Below, one piece after another: positions 14,301-29,813 of a stretch of 64,000 bases of DNA (positions within the stretch are counted from its first letter, which is position 1; every line of letters starts with the position of its first letter). Under the pieces are notes generated by a model. The model saw only the letters and a list, made by a program, of their open reading frames with translations. It did not search any database and was not told the DNA's origin. Both the position numbers and the translations under genes were made by a program. Source of the stretch: Mytilus edulis (lineage: Eukaryota); the NCBI RefSeq assembly GCF_963676685.1, contig NC_092345.1, positions 57,536,001-57,600,000 on the forward strand, written 5' to 3'.

Positions 14301-17300
14301 GTTGGCCCTTTATGACAAATATTTTACCCTGAGCGATAGCGAGGGCTAAAATATCGGCATAAAGGGACAACCCGTGGTAAAATTTAAATATATTCAAGCC
14401 CCCATGAATTATTTCGATTCTGATAAGACAAATATAGCAATTGTTTTGGTTCAAAGTGCACTAGATGGAGGCAAATATTTGCCGTTCCCATAAATTAACC
14501 CATTTTAAGATTGGCGGTAAAGAACGGAGCAAACAGATTTAGTGACATGCTCAAACTATTTACAATAATATATTTAGATAGATTTGGATGAATTTTAATG
14601 ATAATTTACTTATATATCTTCTATGTATATAAAAAAGGGCTTATACCACATTTTAGTATTGTTTGTTTACGTTTCATTCTGGTGATGATTTTCGGTATCA
14701 GAAGCGTGTATTTTCCCGAAAAATGCTTAAACTATTACGTTATCATTCTATGACGTCGTGTACTCCATCCATAAACAATCATATGACGTGGAAGTACAAT
14801 CAGAACAGCCCAACCAATATATTCATATTTTACCACGGGTGTGTACTCAAAGCGTTTGAAGGACGTCATGTTAGAATTAAGAAATAATTCATGGGGGCTT
14901 GAATATATCGTGATTTTACCACGGGTTGGCCCTTTATGACAAATATTTTACCCCTGAGCGATAGCGAGAGGTAAAATATCGGCATAAAGGGACAACCCGT
15001 GGTAAAATCTAGATATATTCAAGCCCCCATGAATTATTTCGATTCTGATAGGACACATACGGCAATTCTTTTGGATCGAAGCACTCTAGGTGTAGGCAAA
15101 TATTTGCCGTTCCCATAAATAAACGCACTAATAAACTAGTGTAAAAGAACGGAGCAAACTGCATTATTGACATGTTTAAACTATTTAAAATAATGTATTT
15201 AGACAGTTTTGGATCAATTTGAATGATAATTTATTTATATGTCTTATATGATGTACAATAAAGGGCTTTTGCCACATTTTAGCATCATTTGTGTATGTTT
15301 CCTTGTGATGATTTTCGGATTCACAAGCGTGTATTTTCCCGTAAAATGCTTACATTCTAACGTCATTGTTCTATGACGTCGGGTATCTCATTCATAAAAA
15401 AGCATATGACGTGGGAGTACAATCGGAACAGCACTGGCAATATATTCATATTTTACCACGGGCGTGTACTCAAAGCGTTTGAAGGACGTCATGTTAGAAT
15501 AAAATATTTGTCGTCACAACAAAGGCAATGTTAAGAAAGCTAAGGATTAGGAATGTGACCTTTTATGTCGATATCAATTTTTGGTATATTCCTCTCCTAT
15601 GTTATCAGCAGGTTCTAAGAGAGCGTTATTTATGTTTTATTTTTTAAACTTTTAAAATATATAAAAAAGAAGATGTGGTATAATTGCCAATGAGACAACT
15701 CTCCACAAGAGACCAAAATGACACAGAAATTAACAACTATAGGTCACTGTACGGCCTTCAACAATGAAGTAAGACTGTTTTGACATATACATTTTTATGT
15801 GGATATTATGAGTTCATGAAAGAAATTATTGAAGTTTTTGATAGCCAGAATTTTGTGGTACATGTATTAAATTTATTTTTGAAAAATTAGCCAAGAGTTG
15901 AAAAAGCTTATATGTTCTTTTTATTAATCTTATTATTTTAACGTTATTTTTTATCAAATTTATTTTGTTGTTATTAAAAGAAGTTTTTATGAGTTTGTAA
16001 TGGAAAGGATAAAATTTGCCGCAAAGTACACATAGCTCCATTGCAGTTAATGAAATGCAGCCCCTATTTTAATATATAAATGTATAAATAAAGAAATCCA
16101 TTACTGTTTAATTGTATATTGTATTATAGAGAGTGGTGACCAGAAACCAGTTGATGATTCTTTGTGTACCAGTCCTCGTCCAACCATATCACAGTTGTGT
16201 TCAGCAGACTGTGACTGGGATTGTACAGTGTCATTATGGTCACAGTGGAGTGACTGTACTGTGACTGAATGTGAAGCATATGCAAGGAAGAGAAGGAACA
16301 ATCAGAAAACAGGTGTGTTTTTCATGTGTCAGATATGAACTGAAGTGTGCAGAGTTTGTTGAAGCTACTGGAAATTAAAACTGACTAAGGTAGCAAATAC
16401 TTATAATAGAGAATCTCCATAAGGCCAAAATATTCAAGTCAATCTTCGAATAATATTACAAAAAGAACATTACATTTACAAGTTACTTTATAAGGAATGT
16501 GATTTTTATAGGAACAAAAAGAAAGATGAATGTTTGCAGTCAGAGATTTTTCATGGCGGTATAACTTTCTCACATAAGTCGATTTTGTTGTGTTTTCCAT
16601 GTAGTACTTTCCTATCAATATTGCATTCAATATTTTTGACAGTTTCACTATATAAAGCGTCTTATTACATCATACTAATTTGCAAAAGGTGAAATGATTG
16701 AATAAGAGAAAATTACAACAAGCCAAAAAACTGTGCAAGAAGTAATTGGATTACTTCAGAAATAAATCTTGTTTTTGTACAGACCGGAATCTCTCATAAT
16801 TATGATGAAGAAGGTTAGGTTTGTAATTTTACAAAATTGCACTGTGACCCAGTGGACAAGGTCAGACAGATATATTGAATAAGATAATAATTCCATAGTA
16901 ATCTTTAATCTAATGAGACTTCTGTCTGCCACATGTGTCATGGAAATTATCCAAGATGATAATTGGGATGGTCCGCTTAGTTGTGAATTAATTTGCCTAA
17001 TCATGAAAGTACCAGTAGCAAAAGTGTCGCCAATCATTACATTAGAAATGAAAATATGATTTTTTTCCTTTGGAGGATGGGGTCGAAGGGGTCCTGATCC
17101 GGTAATCCTTAAAAACATGAAATCCAGAGGTCCCAAATTTAAAGAAATTTAAATCCCGACATCCCGAAATTCGAAAAAAGAATTCCTGGATCCGAAAGGA
17201 TCAATGTCGAAATCCCGAGCTTAAAACCCCACGATCCCGGATTCCAAATCATTGTTTAAAATGAAAGTAGGTCAAATATTGTGTTTCTTCAATAGTTTTG

Positions 17301-20300
17301 GCAAAGCTAAAATTATCAATGAAGTTTTGGCAAAACTCAAATTATCAATGTAGTTTACTCAAGCACATTTTAAGGTTGGATAGTCTTTACACCACTGCCT
17401 GTTTTACTCCACTCTTTTCATGATTACAGAACAACATACCGGTATATAGCTATATTGATATGTACACATATTTATAATTCAAATTTAATGTCATATGTTC
17501 TTGTTCAACACACAGAATGCATATAAACTTCTGTTAAATTGCTGATATTTATAATAACTGACTTATTTTTCACTTTCCATTGCATGTTAACATTGGTTTT
17601 TATTGCTTTCGTACAATGTAAGAAAATTTAAATCTCAAAAATGTCTTGTTTCTGTTTTGTTAATGGAATTCATTCTGAACTATGATACATCAAGGAAAAA
17701 TAAAGTTATGAAATCTCTGGTGGCCTTGAAATAAATATGTATATACTGCAGCTGTGCTATTTGAGCAGTCAAATTGCATTGACCGTATATTCATATGTGA
17801 TATACAGTCACTGACCGTATATCACCTTGTTTATGACGTTGACAATGTGTTTCCGTAGAGTTTTATTTATGAAGTCAATAAAACATACAGGTTCGCGGAA
17901 ATTTATCGTCGTCCGCTTCAAATTAAGAAATGATGTTTTTACCCAAAATACTTCATTTAGAACAGTTTTAAGAGTTGTAGTATATAAAGAATAACCGTAC
18001 ATTGTCTCGAAATATCAATGTTATTTGTACTCGGCTCGAAACAGGTAGAAATGCTCGGCATAGCCTTGCTTTCTACCTGTTTCTAAGCCTTGTACAAATA
18101 ACATTGATATTTCAAGACAATGTATGGTTATTCTATATTTATATAGCAGAGCATATGTATTGTATTAGAGAATCTAAGTACGAAATTGAATGCAACTAAG
18201 CTCTATTATCTGCTATGATATGGGTTGTTAAATTATATAATGATGAGAAAATTACAGACAATTTTATGATATTAGTAATGAAGGGACACTTTAGTCAATG
18301 AGAAGGCTTAAAATAAATAAATTGGTCTGACCCACTTGTAACTGTAATTGATGACAAAAAATACAAGTATGCTTCAATAGGTAGCATCTGATTAGGTATG
18401 TACCAAACTACCAATATAAATTTATTGTAGCACAGTTTGATGAGGTACTGAAATAAGAAATACAATTAGAAAACTAAGATTATTTAACTGTTTTCTGTGA
18501 CCCTTTGTTTTTGTTTCTCCTGTGACATATTTGTCACTAAATAAGACAAATAGTTACTTATCTAGAGGCAGCTTCTACACCATTTGCTCTTTGTCTATAG
18601 CATAATATTTCATCATTTTGAAGATAGTTATCAAGCCGAAGCCCGCCTCCGGGTGCAAGATTGTTTTGCTGTGACCCAATGGTGGCCTTGCATTGTTTTT
18701 CTGCTGTTTGGTTGGGTTGTTGGCTCTTTGACACATTCCCCATTTTGATCTGCTATTTTGTAACACCTTTACCTAGCTAGATGAAAATTGAAGTATTGAA
18801 ATATGTAAAAGTCAAAGTAGACTAAGGTAATACGTTAATAAGACTGCAAGCCAGTGACACCACTGACCAAAAGAAACCATTTTCATACTAGAGAATTATG
18901 TCTGATATTTTTTTATTTTGAATTTCATATGAAATTTTTTTGTGTATGGGAAGGTTGGAAAATTATTATGATAAATAAAATTAGCAAGGAATGTTCTTCA
19001 AATCCATTTTGTGTTGAAAAGAATTGAATTATATGGGATTTCAGAATTATATTTAAGCAACCATATAATTTTCCCTTAGCAGTATAAATATTAAGCTACA
19101 AATAATAATTTGTTTCATGTTTTGAAATGCATGTCGGTCTGACATGGCAATAATACTATATAATTATAATAGGTCTAAAGAAAGCTTAGTCAATTACAAA
19201 TATGACATACAAACAAACCAGATTCAATTATATTTCCTATTAACTTAGAGCCTTAGGATTCCCAGCAGAATAATTAGCAGAATATTTCAGGATTTATAAA
19301 TAATTGACTTATATCTTCCTTGTGTGCTATTTATGATGTTTAATATTTATATCCTTATTATTTATGTCTATTGTACAGCAGCCTGAGCGCCGTGGCAAAT
19401 GTACTTTACTGGATTATTGCTTCTTTTGTGTTTACATTTTTTAATAGGTTCTAATCCTTTCGATTTAAGTTAAACCTCAATTAACTTACAAAGTAACATG
19501 TTTCTATAATAACATTATAAATCTCAGTATTTGTAATAACAGGGCAGCGATTTAGAACAAGAGAGGTACTAACACGGCCAGGAACAAATGGAGAACAATG
19601 TCCCCACCTTAGTGAAACCCAAAACTGTGATCCAGAACCTTGCTATTTTTGGAACACATCATCTGGTCCCTGCAGTTTGTCCAAGTTTAGATATGGTGAA
19701 AGTGAAACTTGTGGTGTTGGTATTAAACAGAGAACCGCAACATGTGTTGATAAGAAAGGGGTAGGTAGTACACACATCTGAGCATAACAGTTGTTTGGTT
19801 GATGTTTCATTGAAGTTGAAGTAAAACTAAAGTTTTGTTGTTTGTAATTTACATTAGGAAAGGTTTTCCATTCTACTTTTACAAAATGTTTAAACATCAG
19901 TTAAATTTTTTTTTTTTTTTTTTTTTTTATCTTATTTGATAATACAGTTAAATCCCCTAAATTTTCTGTAAAGCTTCCTGAAATAGGGCATGCTTTTGAT
20001 GGAGCTTTTAAGGTTTGCAAGAAAAGGGACCCAATGGGATTGTGTTCTCTTCTGCCATGCGAGATATCTGCATCCTGATTCTATTCAAATAGAGTCATCA
20101 TTAGATAAACTTATGGTGACAATGTGACATTGGATTTGTTATTTAGGGTTAAAGCTGCTAAAACTCCTTAAATGTTCCTGAAATAGGGCATGCTTATTAT
20201 TACAACCCCTCAACACACACTCTGTTTATATTTAAGAATGATTTGATATATGGTCTGGAACTTTTCAATGGTGAATTGTTACATAAAAATTTAAAATTTC

Positions 20301-23300
20301 AGATCTGCAAGCTAGGCAGTCCCATTTTTTTTTCAATACTTAGAAGTTTTATTTAATCCACTGAGCATGTCTACCCAATGAGTAGGGTATACTTTTTAAT
20401 TTTATTAGAGAAATATACATAATCCAATTTGCCAAGAAAACATGTTTTTGTCTACAATGATAACAAGTTATTGTTTTTATATCAGAAAGTTCCATCTGAT
20501 ATTCTTCAGAACTCAATTTCTTTAACATTAACCAGCCCACTGAGACGTCTAACTCATCATCTTGATGAATGATCTAATTGTCAATTATATCCAAAAATAC
20601 ACTTCAATGACAAATTAATTAAATTCCTTCATTTTCTTCATTTTATAAAGTACATTTTGTTTTATGCTGCTGATATCCCTTGTTTAAAACAATAAGTAAA
20701 TTTGGAAGAAAAAAGTTTAAAAAAACAGAAGAAGTAAAAGTGCAATCCAAAACATTGAGTTCACATAATTTGATAAACCTGTTTGTGTGCACTGTTGTAA
20801 GTTGTTTGCACATGAACAAGATGTGACTTTAATTTGTATAATATGAATATTGGACATAATCTTAAGTTTTGAGGCTAGTATAAAATTTTATTGAGTTTTT
20901 AAACCATTAAAGTGGTGCATAACGTGAATCATCAGTCTTTGTTTAATCGATAACCATCTTTGTGTTAAATATTAAAATATGAAGGTCAAAATTATGATGT
21001 GACCAAAATCAAAAAAGAGTAAAGTTTCAGATTGACTGCAGGGTAGTTATAAATTAGATATATTTCAGTTTTTGGTTATATAAGGTTGCTATTTGATTCA
21101 GTGTAAAGGAATTACATGTAAAGAATATCTTCAATTCAATGTGATCACCATTAAATATATACTTTCTATGTTATGTCTGTATCATTGTCTAATGCACAAG
21201 AGATATCTATATTTGTGGCTGTTCTGCTATCTGAAATTATGGTGGACTAAAAATACATTTATAATCCTTCACTATACTCATTGATAAGCTTTTCTAAAAA
21301 TGAATATTTCTGTATATAAAACATTAATAAATAATAGAAGCTGTATTTTGAATGATTCTGACAGTAATTTTAAAACTGCTTTTTAAATGTCACTAAAATC
21401 ATCAATGTTAAATCATATCAGATTTCACATTTGTCATAGCAATAAAATGACAGTTTTAGTCTCAATAGACTCTTAAATTTGTTCATTGAGTCGTAATTGC
21501 ACAGAGCTAATGAAATGTGAATTTTGATGGCTTTAAACTATTTCAAAGAGAATAAGATGCATGTTAATAATCTCTAATTAAGTCAGATTATGGTTGTATT
21601 GCTGTGTGTACATGCTTCTCTCTAAACTATGACTGCCATGGTATTTTTTTTTCCTAATGTTTTAAGTTCATTTGTCCTATTTATAAGTGAAAACTTTTGC
21701 ATTGTTTACATGAAATTGTTTGTGATTAGCTTTAAGTTTATGGGGAACTGCTAGTTTTATGTAAATGATCTTTGATGTGCAGTTGTCATAATTAACATTT
21801 GCACATCTCATTTCTATGAAGATGATTTGGCACAAACCTTTTTTCTGGCCTTGTAACTACAATAGTTTTTGATTACTTTAGTTTAAGATGAACACTTATG
21901 GTAATCCAATGCTAATCGGTATGCAGTTGTATTAGCATTTGCATGTCTCATTTCCATGTAGACTGTATCATGGTCCATTAACTTTGAAACTTATGCTTTG
22001 TTTATATGTTAAAGTTTTTGTTTTGAAACTTGTGCTTTGTTTATATGTTAAAGTTTTTGTTGAGGTCAGTTTAAAAGGAACCACTAATGATGAGTCAATG
22101 GTTTTGATATGTTGTTGTTTTAGCATTGGCATTCCTCATTTTCACATAGGATATTTGGCCCTGCAGGACAGTCATGGTCCATTGACTTTGAATATTTTGC
22201 AAAGTTTACATGTCAAATTATTGTTGCTTTAATTTCAACATTTGCACCGTAGACTAAAAAATTACACAGAGACATATTTCTGTGTCAACAGTTTATAATT
22301 ATCCTTTCCCAAACCTTAACTGAGATTTTTCTCAGCTGAATTGTAAGTTATGACTTTTTGTAAGTGATTAATTTTTTATGATATAATAATTGAAGTCTGG
22401 CTTGCTTCTGATTTAGATTGATCAGTGATGTCATTATTGTATTAAATAATTTTGTAGTTATGATGGAAGAAGAAAAAGAAAGATGCATGTGGCCCCTGGC
22501 GTGTATGTATATAGATTGAAATCTTTTTGCTTGCAAATCTACAAAAACAAAGTTAGTAATATGTAAACTAATGCACTTTTTGTTATCAGATGAGAGTGAG
22601 TGATGACTTATGCTCGTCATGGGAAACCAGACCAGAGGCCCAAGTGTTATGTGAGATTCCTTGTCGCTATGACTGTGTAACATCAGAATGGGGCGAATGG
22701 TCAGAATGTCCAGACATCTGTGAGACTGAACAAGATGTTTCCTACAGACCAAACATGAGATCAAGACAAAAAACAATCCTGGCTCGCCATGGACCAGGTA
22801 ATTCTTAATGAAATCTATTGCCTAAGAGTATGGCTACCTAATTAAAATATTTCTTATCATTATGGTTAATCCTAAAATATTGGAAAATACTTACTCTTTG
22901 GACGTGCAAGTATTTGGGTGACTTAAAAATCAGATATTTAATGAGACTTCAAGGAAAAAGGGAAGAGATATACAATTATTCAGGTCCTTTAAATATACAT
23001 TTTTAACAACACATTTTTGTTACTAGAACAGTTGCACCAAAACCTGATAAAAGAAATTTTCTGATGTAAATTTTAGGGGGCACAGAATGTCCAGGTGAAC
23101 GAGAACTGATAGAAAATAAACCATGTCCTACTGTCATAGAATGTGCTGTATTTATATGGCATGCAGACCCATGGGGAAGTTGTGAACTGGAGGATAGAAA
23201 CAGAAAATGTGGTCGTGGAAGGCAGACTAGGGGTGTACACTGTTATAATCGCAACAATCAACTTGTACAGGATGAAAAGTAAGGATATATACACAAACAT

Positions 23301-26300
23301 TTTCTGTTTTTTGAACTTGTAGTGTAAAGTAATGTTTAGTAGACATTGTGGTTTGTACCTATTGTTTAGGATTTAGAAATATTAAATATCAGCCACGAGT
23401 CACAGTATCTTTTAGTTCAGTGACAGAAGCAAACATGATAAACATGAAATATTCTTATTGTGTACAAATGATGCATGGTTATCTATTTATTAGGTTGTAT
23501 GAGTGGGGTTTTTTTTATTGAAAAAAAAAAGGATTCTCTTTTGTTCTTTCTAACAGTAAGAAATGTAAAAAATGGATTTTATGTATTAAATCATGTTACA
23601 AAATCCTTGTATGCACTTATGAAATAAGTCAAAGGAACAGCACATTTAAAAAAGTTAGGCAGAATGATATTTTCTTGTCTTAAAGATTGTTTATGAAATT
23701 ATTTTCTTGTCTCACAGATTTTTATTGAATAACTTTCATGTATTAGTAAAGGTACATTTTTAAATTACAGGTGTACACAGTCAGTCAAACCTGAGAGAAC
23801 CAGAGTTTGTATGATACCATGTCCAAGGGACTGTACTCTTACTGCATGGTCTGACTGGTCTAGTTGTTCAGCTTCTTGTTTTATTAGTAAGTTTTGTTAG
23901 TCATAGGAACATGATTATTAAGGATTTCTCAAACTATAAAATTAAGAATTGGAATTGGATTAAAATTTTTTTGTAAAAAAAATATATATATACTTCTGTT
24001 CTCGTACTTAAAAGGGTTACATGATCAAAGCTTTTACAACCTTATAAGAGTTCAAAAAAAAAAAAGAAGTATTAGAATCATTTCTTACAATTTGATTTTT
24101 ATGCTATAAGATAAGAGATACCAGTTATATTTAATGTTTACATTTTCCAATGCATAGTTGTGATGTTATCATAGAAAGCATATATTGTCTTGAATGTTAG
24201 GACATTACATTAGGAAATAAAATTAAATTTTTGAATGCCCGGCAATTTTTTGGGAGGGGGAGGAGGGGTCCTGATCCTGAAATCCCCGACTTAAAAACAT
24301 GAAATCCCAAGGTCCCAAATTTAAATAGATTTTAATCTGACATCCCGAATTTCAAAAAACAGAATTCCTGGATCCCAAAAGGGTCAATCCCGAAATCCCG
24401 AGCTTAAAAACACCCGATTCAGAGTCCTGATAAAGGTCCTATTCCCCCTCTTTTGTAAGCCAACCAATATTACAGATTCTTTTGAAAAAACATGTATTGT
24501 AATTATAAATACATTCTTTTATAAGTCTTCAAAATGTATATTAGCCTTAAAAATGAAAACAAAACGTGTTTAACCCTTTCCTCCATGGATTTTTTTTTTA
24601 GCATACTTGATTTGCATAGGATTTTTTTCATCAAAAAAAATTAATAAGGTTTAAAGTGTTAATGCATTGTGAAAACAAATATTTCAATGAATTTGAAGTC
24701 AGATATTCTCATGAATCTCCTTTTTATATTGCATACAATTTTTTTTAAATCTGATGCAGGCGTTTTGGAGTCAAAGCCTTTCAACTGAGGTACTACACAG
24801 GCGTCAAAAGGCGTCATTATGGAGTAAAGGGGGTGGCGTCAAAAGGTGTCATTATGGAGGAAAGGGTTAAGGGTAATAAAGTTAAGAAATTTATACAAAT
24901 GGTCACCTATATTGGAATCTATATATCTACATTCATATACTGGTACCAGCAATTCTATTTTCAAGTAATTGTTTTCTTTTACAGATAAAGACAACATTCC
25001 TACTAGGGCTCGGCAGCGATTTATTCTTCAGGAACCTGACAATGGTGGTGCTCCATGTCCAGAGGTATTACAAGAGGTGAAGCAGTGTATAGAATTACCC
25101 CTCTGTCACCAGTTCCAATGGAAAATCTCAAACTGGAGTGTCTGCATACTAGCTCCAACCATTTACAACTGTGGAAAAGGGCTCAGAGCTAGAGGTAAGA
25201 TAGGACAAACAGCCTTAAGATATAAGAAGATGTGGTATATGTGCCAATGAGAAAACTTTCCATCCATCACAATTTTATAAAAGTAAACAATTATAGGTAA
25301 GTACTGTCTTCATTACTGAGCCTTGGTTTGTTTATATTCCTTTGCGAAATAATATTAGAAAACACATACTGTAATTTTAGAAATTATTGCATACATTTAT
25401 TATTACAATTTCAACACGACAAACCAAAATGTGAGAAATGTTGTTGTTATTTAAGGAAAAGTTGCATACAAATATATGTGTCTGATTTCTGAGTGCAGAA
25501 TCTTATTGTTCTAATATTCACCTAGTCCTGGAAAAAGTGATAATTAAAACTTTGCAATCATTTCTAAATTTACAGTATCGATTTTCATATCAGCAAATTA
25601 CTTTTATTATGGAATAAAATTTAGATGGATTTCCAAGATAATTAAAACCCTGAATTTTACTACCCAATAAAATGAACACTTTCCATTAATTTTGTATCGG
25701 AAAACTATGAATTCATAAAACAGTGAATCATGAAATTTAAATAAATGAATTTATGCTTTAGACTTGACATAGATCAAATCTTGGTGCTAATAGGCTAAAC
25801 AATATTTTGCTTTTGTTCTATTTAGCTTTTTGTAGCTAGATGTAACCATCTGTATCATTGTGATGGTTCAACAGTAGAGATAAGGTATACATTAGTAACC
25901 TTTCATCACAAAACATCAATTATTTATTTGTGCTTTAGCTTTTTCCATAATGGAATTTATAATGAGTTATTTCCCTTGTAGACATTGCATGTATGGCTCA
26001 AAATGGAACAGATCATCCAATAGAAGACTGTCTGAAATTCCTTGGTCCAATGCCTCCTATTGCTGAACCATGTTATATGACATGTGACAGGCAATGTCTG
26101 TTTACTGATTGGTCAGAATGGAGCCACTGTATTCAGGGGTGTAGCGGTCATCAGTTCAGATCAAGGGAATTGAAAGGTAAATTTACAGGTTACTTATACC
26201 CCATGCAATTAGCATGCATTGTGAATGGTTATGGCTTTGTTTTTTCACTTTCAAAACCTTTAAAAGGTTCAATAATCAGAAAAACTTGATGCCCTACATT

Positions 26301-29300
26301 CTAATACAATCCATGCATTCTTGTTGGAAAATGACGCTTTCAGCGACATATTTCCGATACTAGTGAACTGAACTTCCATTACATTTCTCTGCCTACCGCG
26401 CTTGGTTCGTATTTACTTTCCATTACATTTCTCCGTCTACCGTGCTTGGTTTCGTATTTACTATTTTACATACAAACTGGAATTTGTGTAGTAATCAACC
26501 GGAACCAGTTTACATACCTCCAGTCCTTCTTATTACCAAAAAGATCGAAGTGTACCAACCAATGTTAAGATATTCATAAATCTATTTTTATAACTTTATT
26601 GATTATGTGAAGTAAAACTAAAAAATTGTTAAAACATTAAAGATATATAATTAATCGGGGAAAACTTGATAGTCTTTTCTTTTTACAAACAACTGCCTTT
26701 TTTTATAAGAAAATATAAAGTGTCTGTGTTGGTCAACTTTCTACTGGTTATAAGACAGATCGAAGTACCGGAAATCAGACTCAATCTTTGTTTACAAAGT
26801 TACAACAGTAGAGTCTGTAACATACTGTATCTGTATGACATGTGAATAAATTGTCGATATTGATGCTGGCTTTAATACAACGGTTTTATTGGCGGGGCGG
26901 GAGAACAGATTTGAAGCTCTCTACATTTGATGCGTGCACAACAGTGTCGTCTAGCTGATTCGGCGCGATAACCGTCTTACGGAATTCTAGTCAAATCCTG
27001 AGGTCAAATCTGCACTTGGTTAAATTGGCACCTGGCCAATTCGGCACCCGGTATAGTCAAATCGGCATCTAGTCAAATTGGCACCTGGTTAAATCGGCAC
27101 TTAAAAAAGTCAATTCAGCACCCATGTTAGATTTGTTTAATATATATTTTTAACAGTATTTTAAGCAAAAACAGTAAAAATGAGGAATGGGTTGTCCAGA
27201 AATTTTACAGTATTTACCCAAGAAGAGGTAGATAAGGAAGGGGTTGGCCAGATTATTAACCTAATTTTATCATGTTTATTCACATTTTTAAGAGTTGAAT
27301 TATTTATATATATTATTGGATGCCTAATTGACTTAAAATAGGTGCCGATTTGACTAGATGTAGATTTAACCTGGTGCCGATTTGACTTTTTTTATGGGTG
27401 CCGATTTGACTTGTACCCTATTATTAAGGCCCTAAAGTGAGTTTGAATATTGTACGGTGTTTTACTTGGCGGAATGTCAATACACTCACAGTAAGAGTTA
27501 TTCTTTACTTGCTTTTCCACAATAATTGTTTTGTGGTATTCTTTGAATTTCTCGGCAGTTATGGTTTTCTTCCGACATGCTTTTAAGAGGAATTCGTCTG
27601 GTTCAATAGCGTGAATCAGCCCCTCAACTTCTTTGTACATAAATACTAACTTTGGATTCAACCCCTTGTTCGTCATTGTCTAGAGATCTTGTTGTAGTTC
27701 CAGTTTGGCAAGCATTTTGGAGACTTATCCATCCTCTTTCGACTTGTAATCTCTGATGATAAATTTTGCCGTTTGACATGTTTATTTTTGTTACCAGGTA
27801 GGGGTCGCATACGATGGCTCCATATTAAATTACGAGATCAATTCCTAAAGGTTTAGTTCATTATCCAATCTGACACAAATTTCAATAACTGGAATGCCAC
27901 CCAAGTTGAATATATGGTGACCCACTATAACAGCATAATTACTTGGAATTGTGTTTAATACCATGATGGCATAAACTTAAATGGAGACAAAATTTAACAT
28001 GAAAGATTGTGGATTAGTGTAAAATAAAACTTACTATGATATATGGTTAAAGAATGAATATCAAATTATATGGGTCATGGGCAGAGTTGTTAAAGGGACC
28101 ACACTGATGTGAAATAAAGAAAATCAAAGGAGTATCCAGGGCTTCCAAAACGGTCATATATTCCGTTCATTTGTATAATGTCGGTAAAAGTCCGGCTGGG
28201 CAAAGCATGAAACGGTCATATACTTTTTATTTTTCAAGGCTTTTTCGGTCATTTTTACATAATTCACGATCTTTTTGACCCAACCTTTTGCCTTTAACAT
28301 CAACACGTTTCCGGTCATAAATGTGACATGATGATTAATTACTATCAAAACAACACCTACTTCAATACTTTCTAATTTAATCAAGGCTAATTAGAAGTTG
28401 GACAGCTGAAATCTACCTGTTCAGGTGACAGGTGAACTATGATCAGTACCGGACATCGTATAAATTGATCGGTTTAATCACAAATATTTTCTTACATTTC
28501 AGCGGTTTGTATCTAATTGATTTCGTTCTAAAGATTAAAATTATTAGAAATTAGTTTATCAAAATGATTTGATGAAAAATTTTAAGGTTTTAAATAAAAA
28601 ATCGTCAGAACTATGTCGTATGAACTAGAACACGTGTGCGCATGTGCACAGGTGGAAATTTAATAATGCATCCTACAGTTCTTCAAAAATGCTAAAATTA
28701 TCAATGATACCTGTATCTAACGTTCAATTCAAGTATTTTGTTGAAGAAATAACGTGGAAAGAGCTTCTTCTCTCAGTCGTGCTTTGTAAAAATACACTGA
28801 TTTTACGTATCCGTTTATGGTCCATGTTTTACCATTGTCAAGTCAACATCCGGTTGAAAACGAAAGTAGTTTTTGACAATGTCATTTTGCACAAATAAAA
28901 AGTCTATGGCAGATATGAGCACGCTGATGTGCACACTTTGAATGATGCACTGCCAATTTAACAGTAACATCCTAACATCAAATTCATATCATATCAAAGT
29001 AAAGTTTAAAATCGTTTTTTTTTTAATGTAATGTCAATCATTGGAAATGGCCATCTGATTACCATAATTGCCTTTTGTGACTAAGTCTTAAGGGATTAAA
29101 ATCGGGGTCAGATATAAAATGTCCGGCTGGCTCAAATATTTTTTGGAAGCCCTGGGAGTATCCCTATTTGTCTAATCTTCAATGTGAAATAAAACAAGTA
29201 TAACAATATTGTGTAAATCTACAGAAATAAAATTTGCTTTAAGTAACAGAAATAACTACATTTGTGTATGTCATTAGTAACTTATTAAATGAGTATGTGG

Positions 29301-29780
29301 GTAATTAGTCCTATAACAAATGACCTCAGGAGCATTATTTACTATTTTTATTTACTGTTCTGATAATTTTGTTTTACTATCAATGTGTCACACTTCGCAT
29401 TCAAAATTTAAAAAAAATGAAAATATCAGTATAAAAACATTAAAAATTGAATAAGAATGCGAATTCATATGTTATAGGACTAGTGGGGTATAAGAGCTTA
29501 TTACAACAGGCTCTTCATAATCATTTGGTTTGAAATGATACTAGTAGTCTGTATTCTTTATTTAGAAAAGTGTAATTGCAAGAAAAAAAAATACACATTA
29601 CTTAGAATACTTTAGATCATTCAAGTAGTCTTTTATTTAGTACGTACAAAAGAACAACCAGTAGCCATTGGATATTGTAGATCATATAAATAGTCTTGAC
29701 CTATTTATGAGTACAAAAGAACAGCTAGTAATCATTGGATATTGTATATCATTCCAGTATTCTTGACCTATTTATCTGTA

Positions 29781-29813
<33 letters not shown>

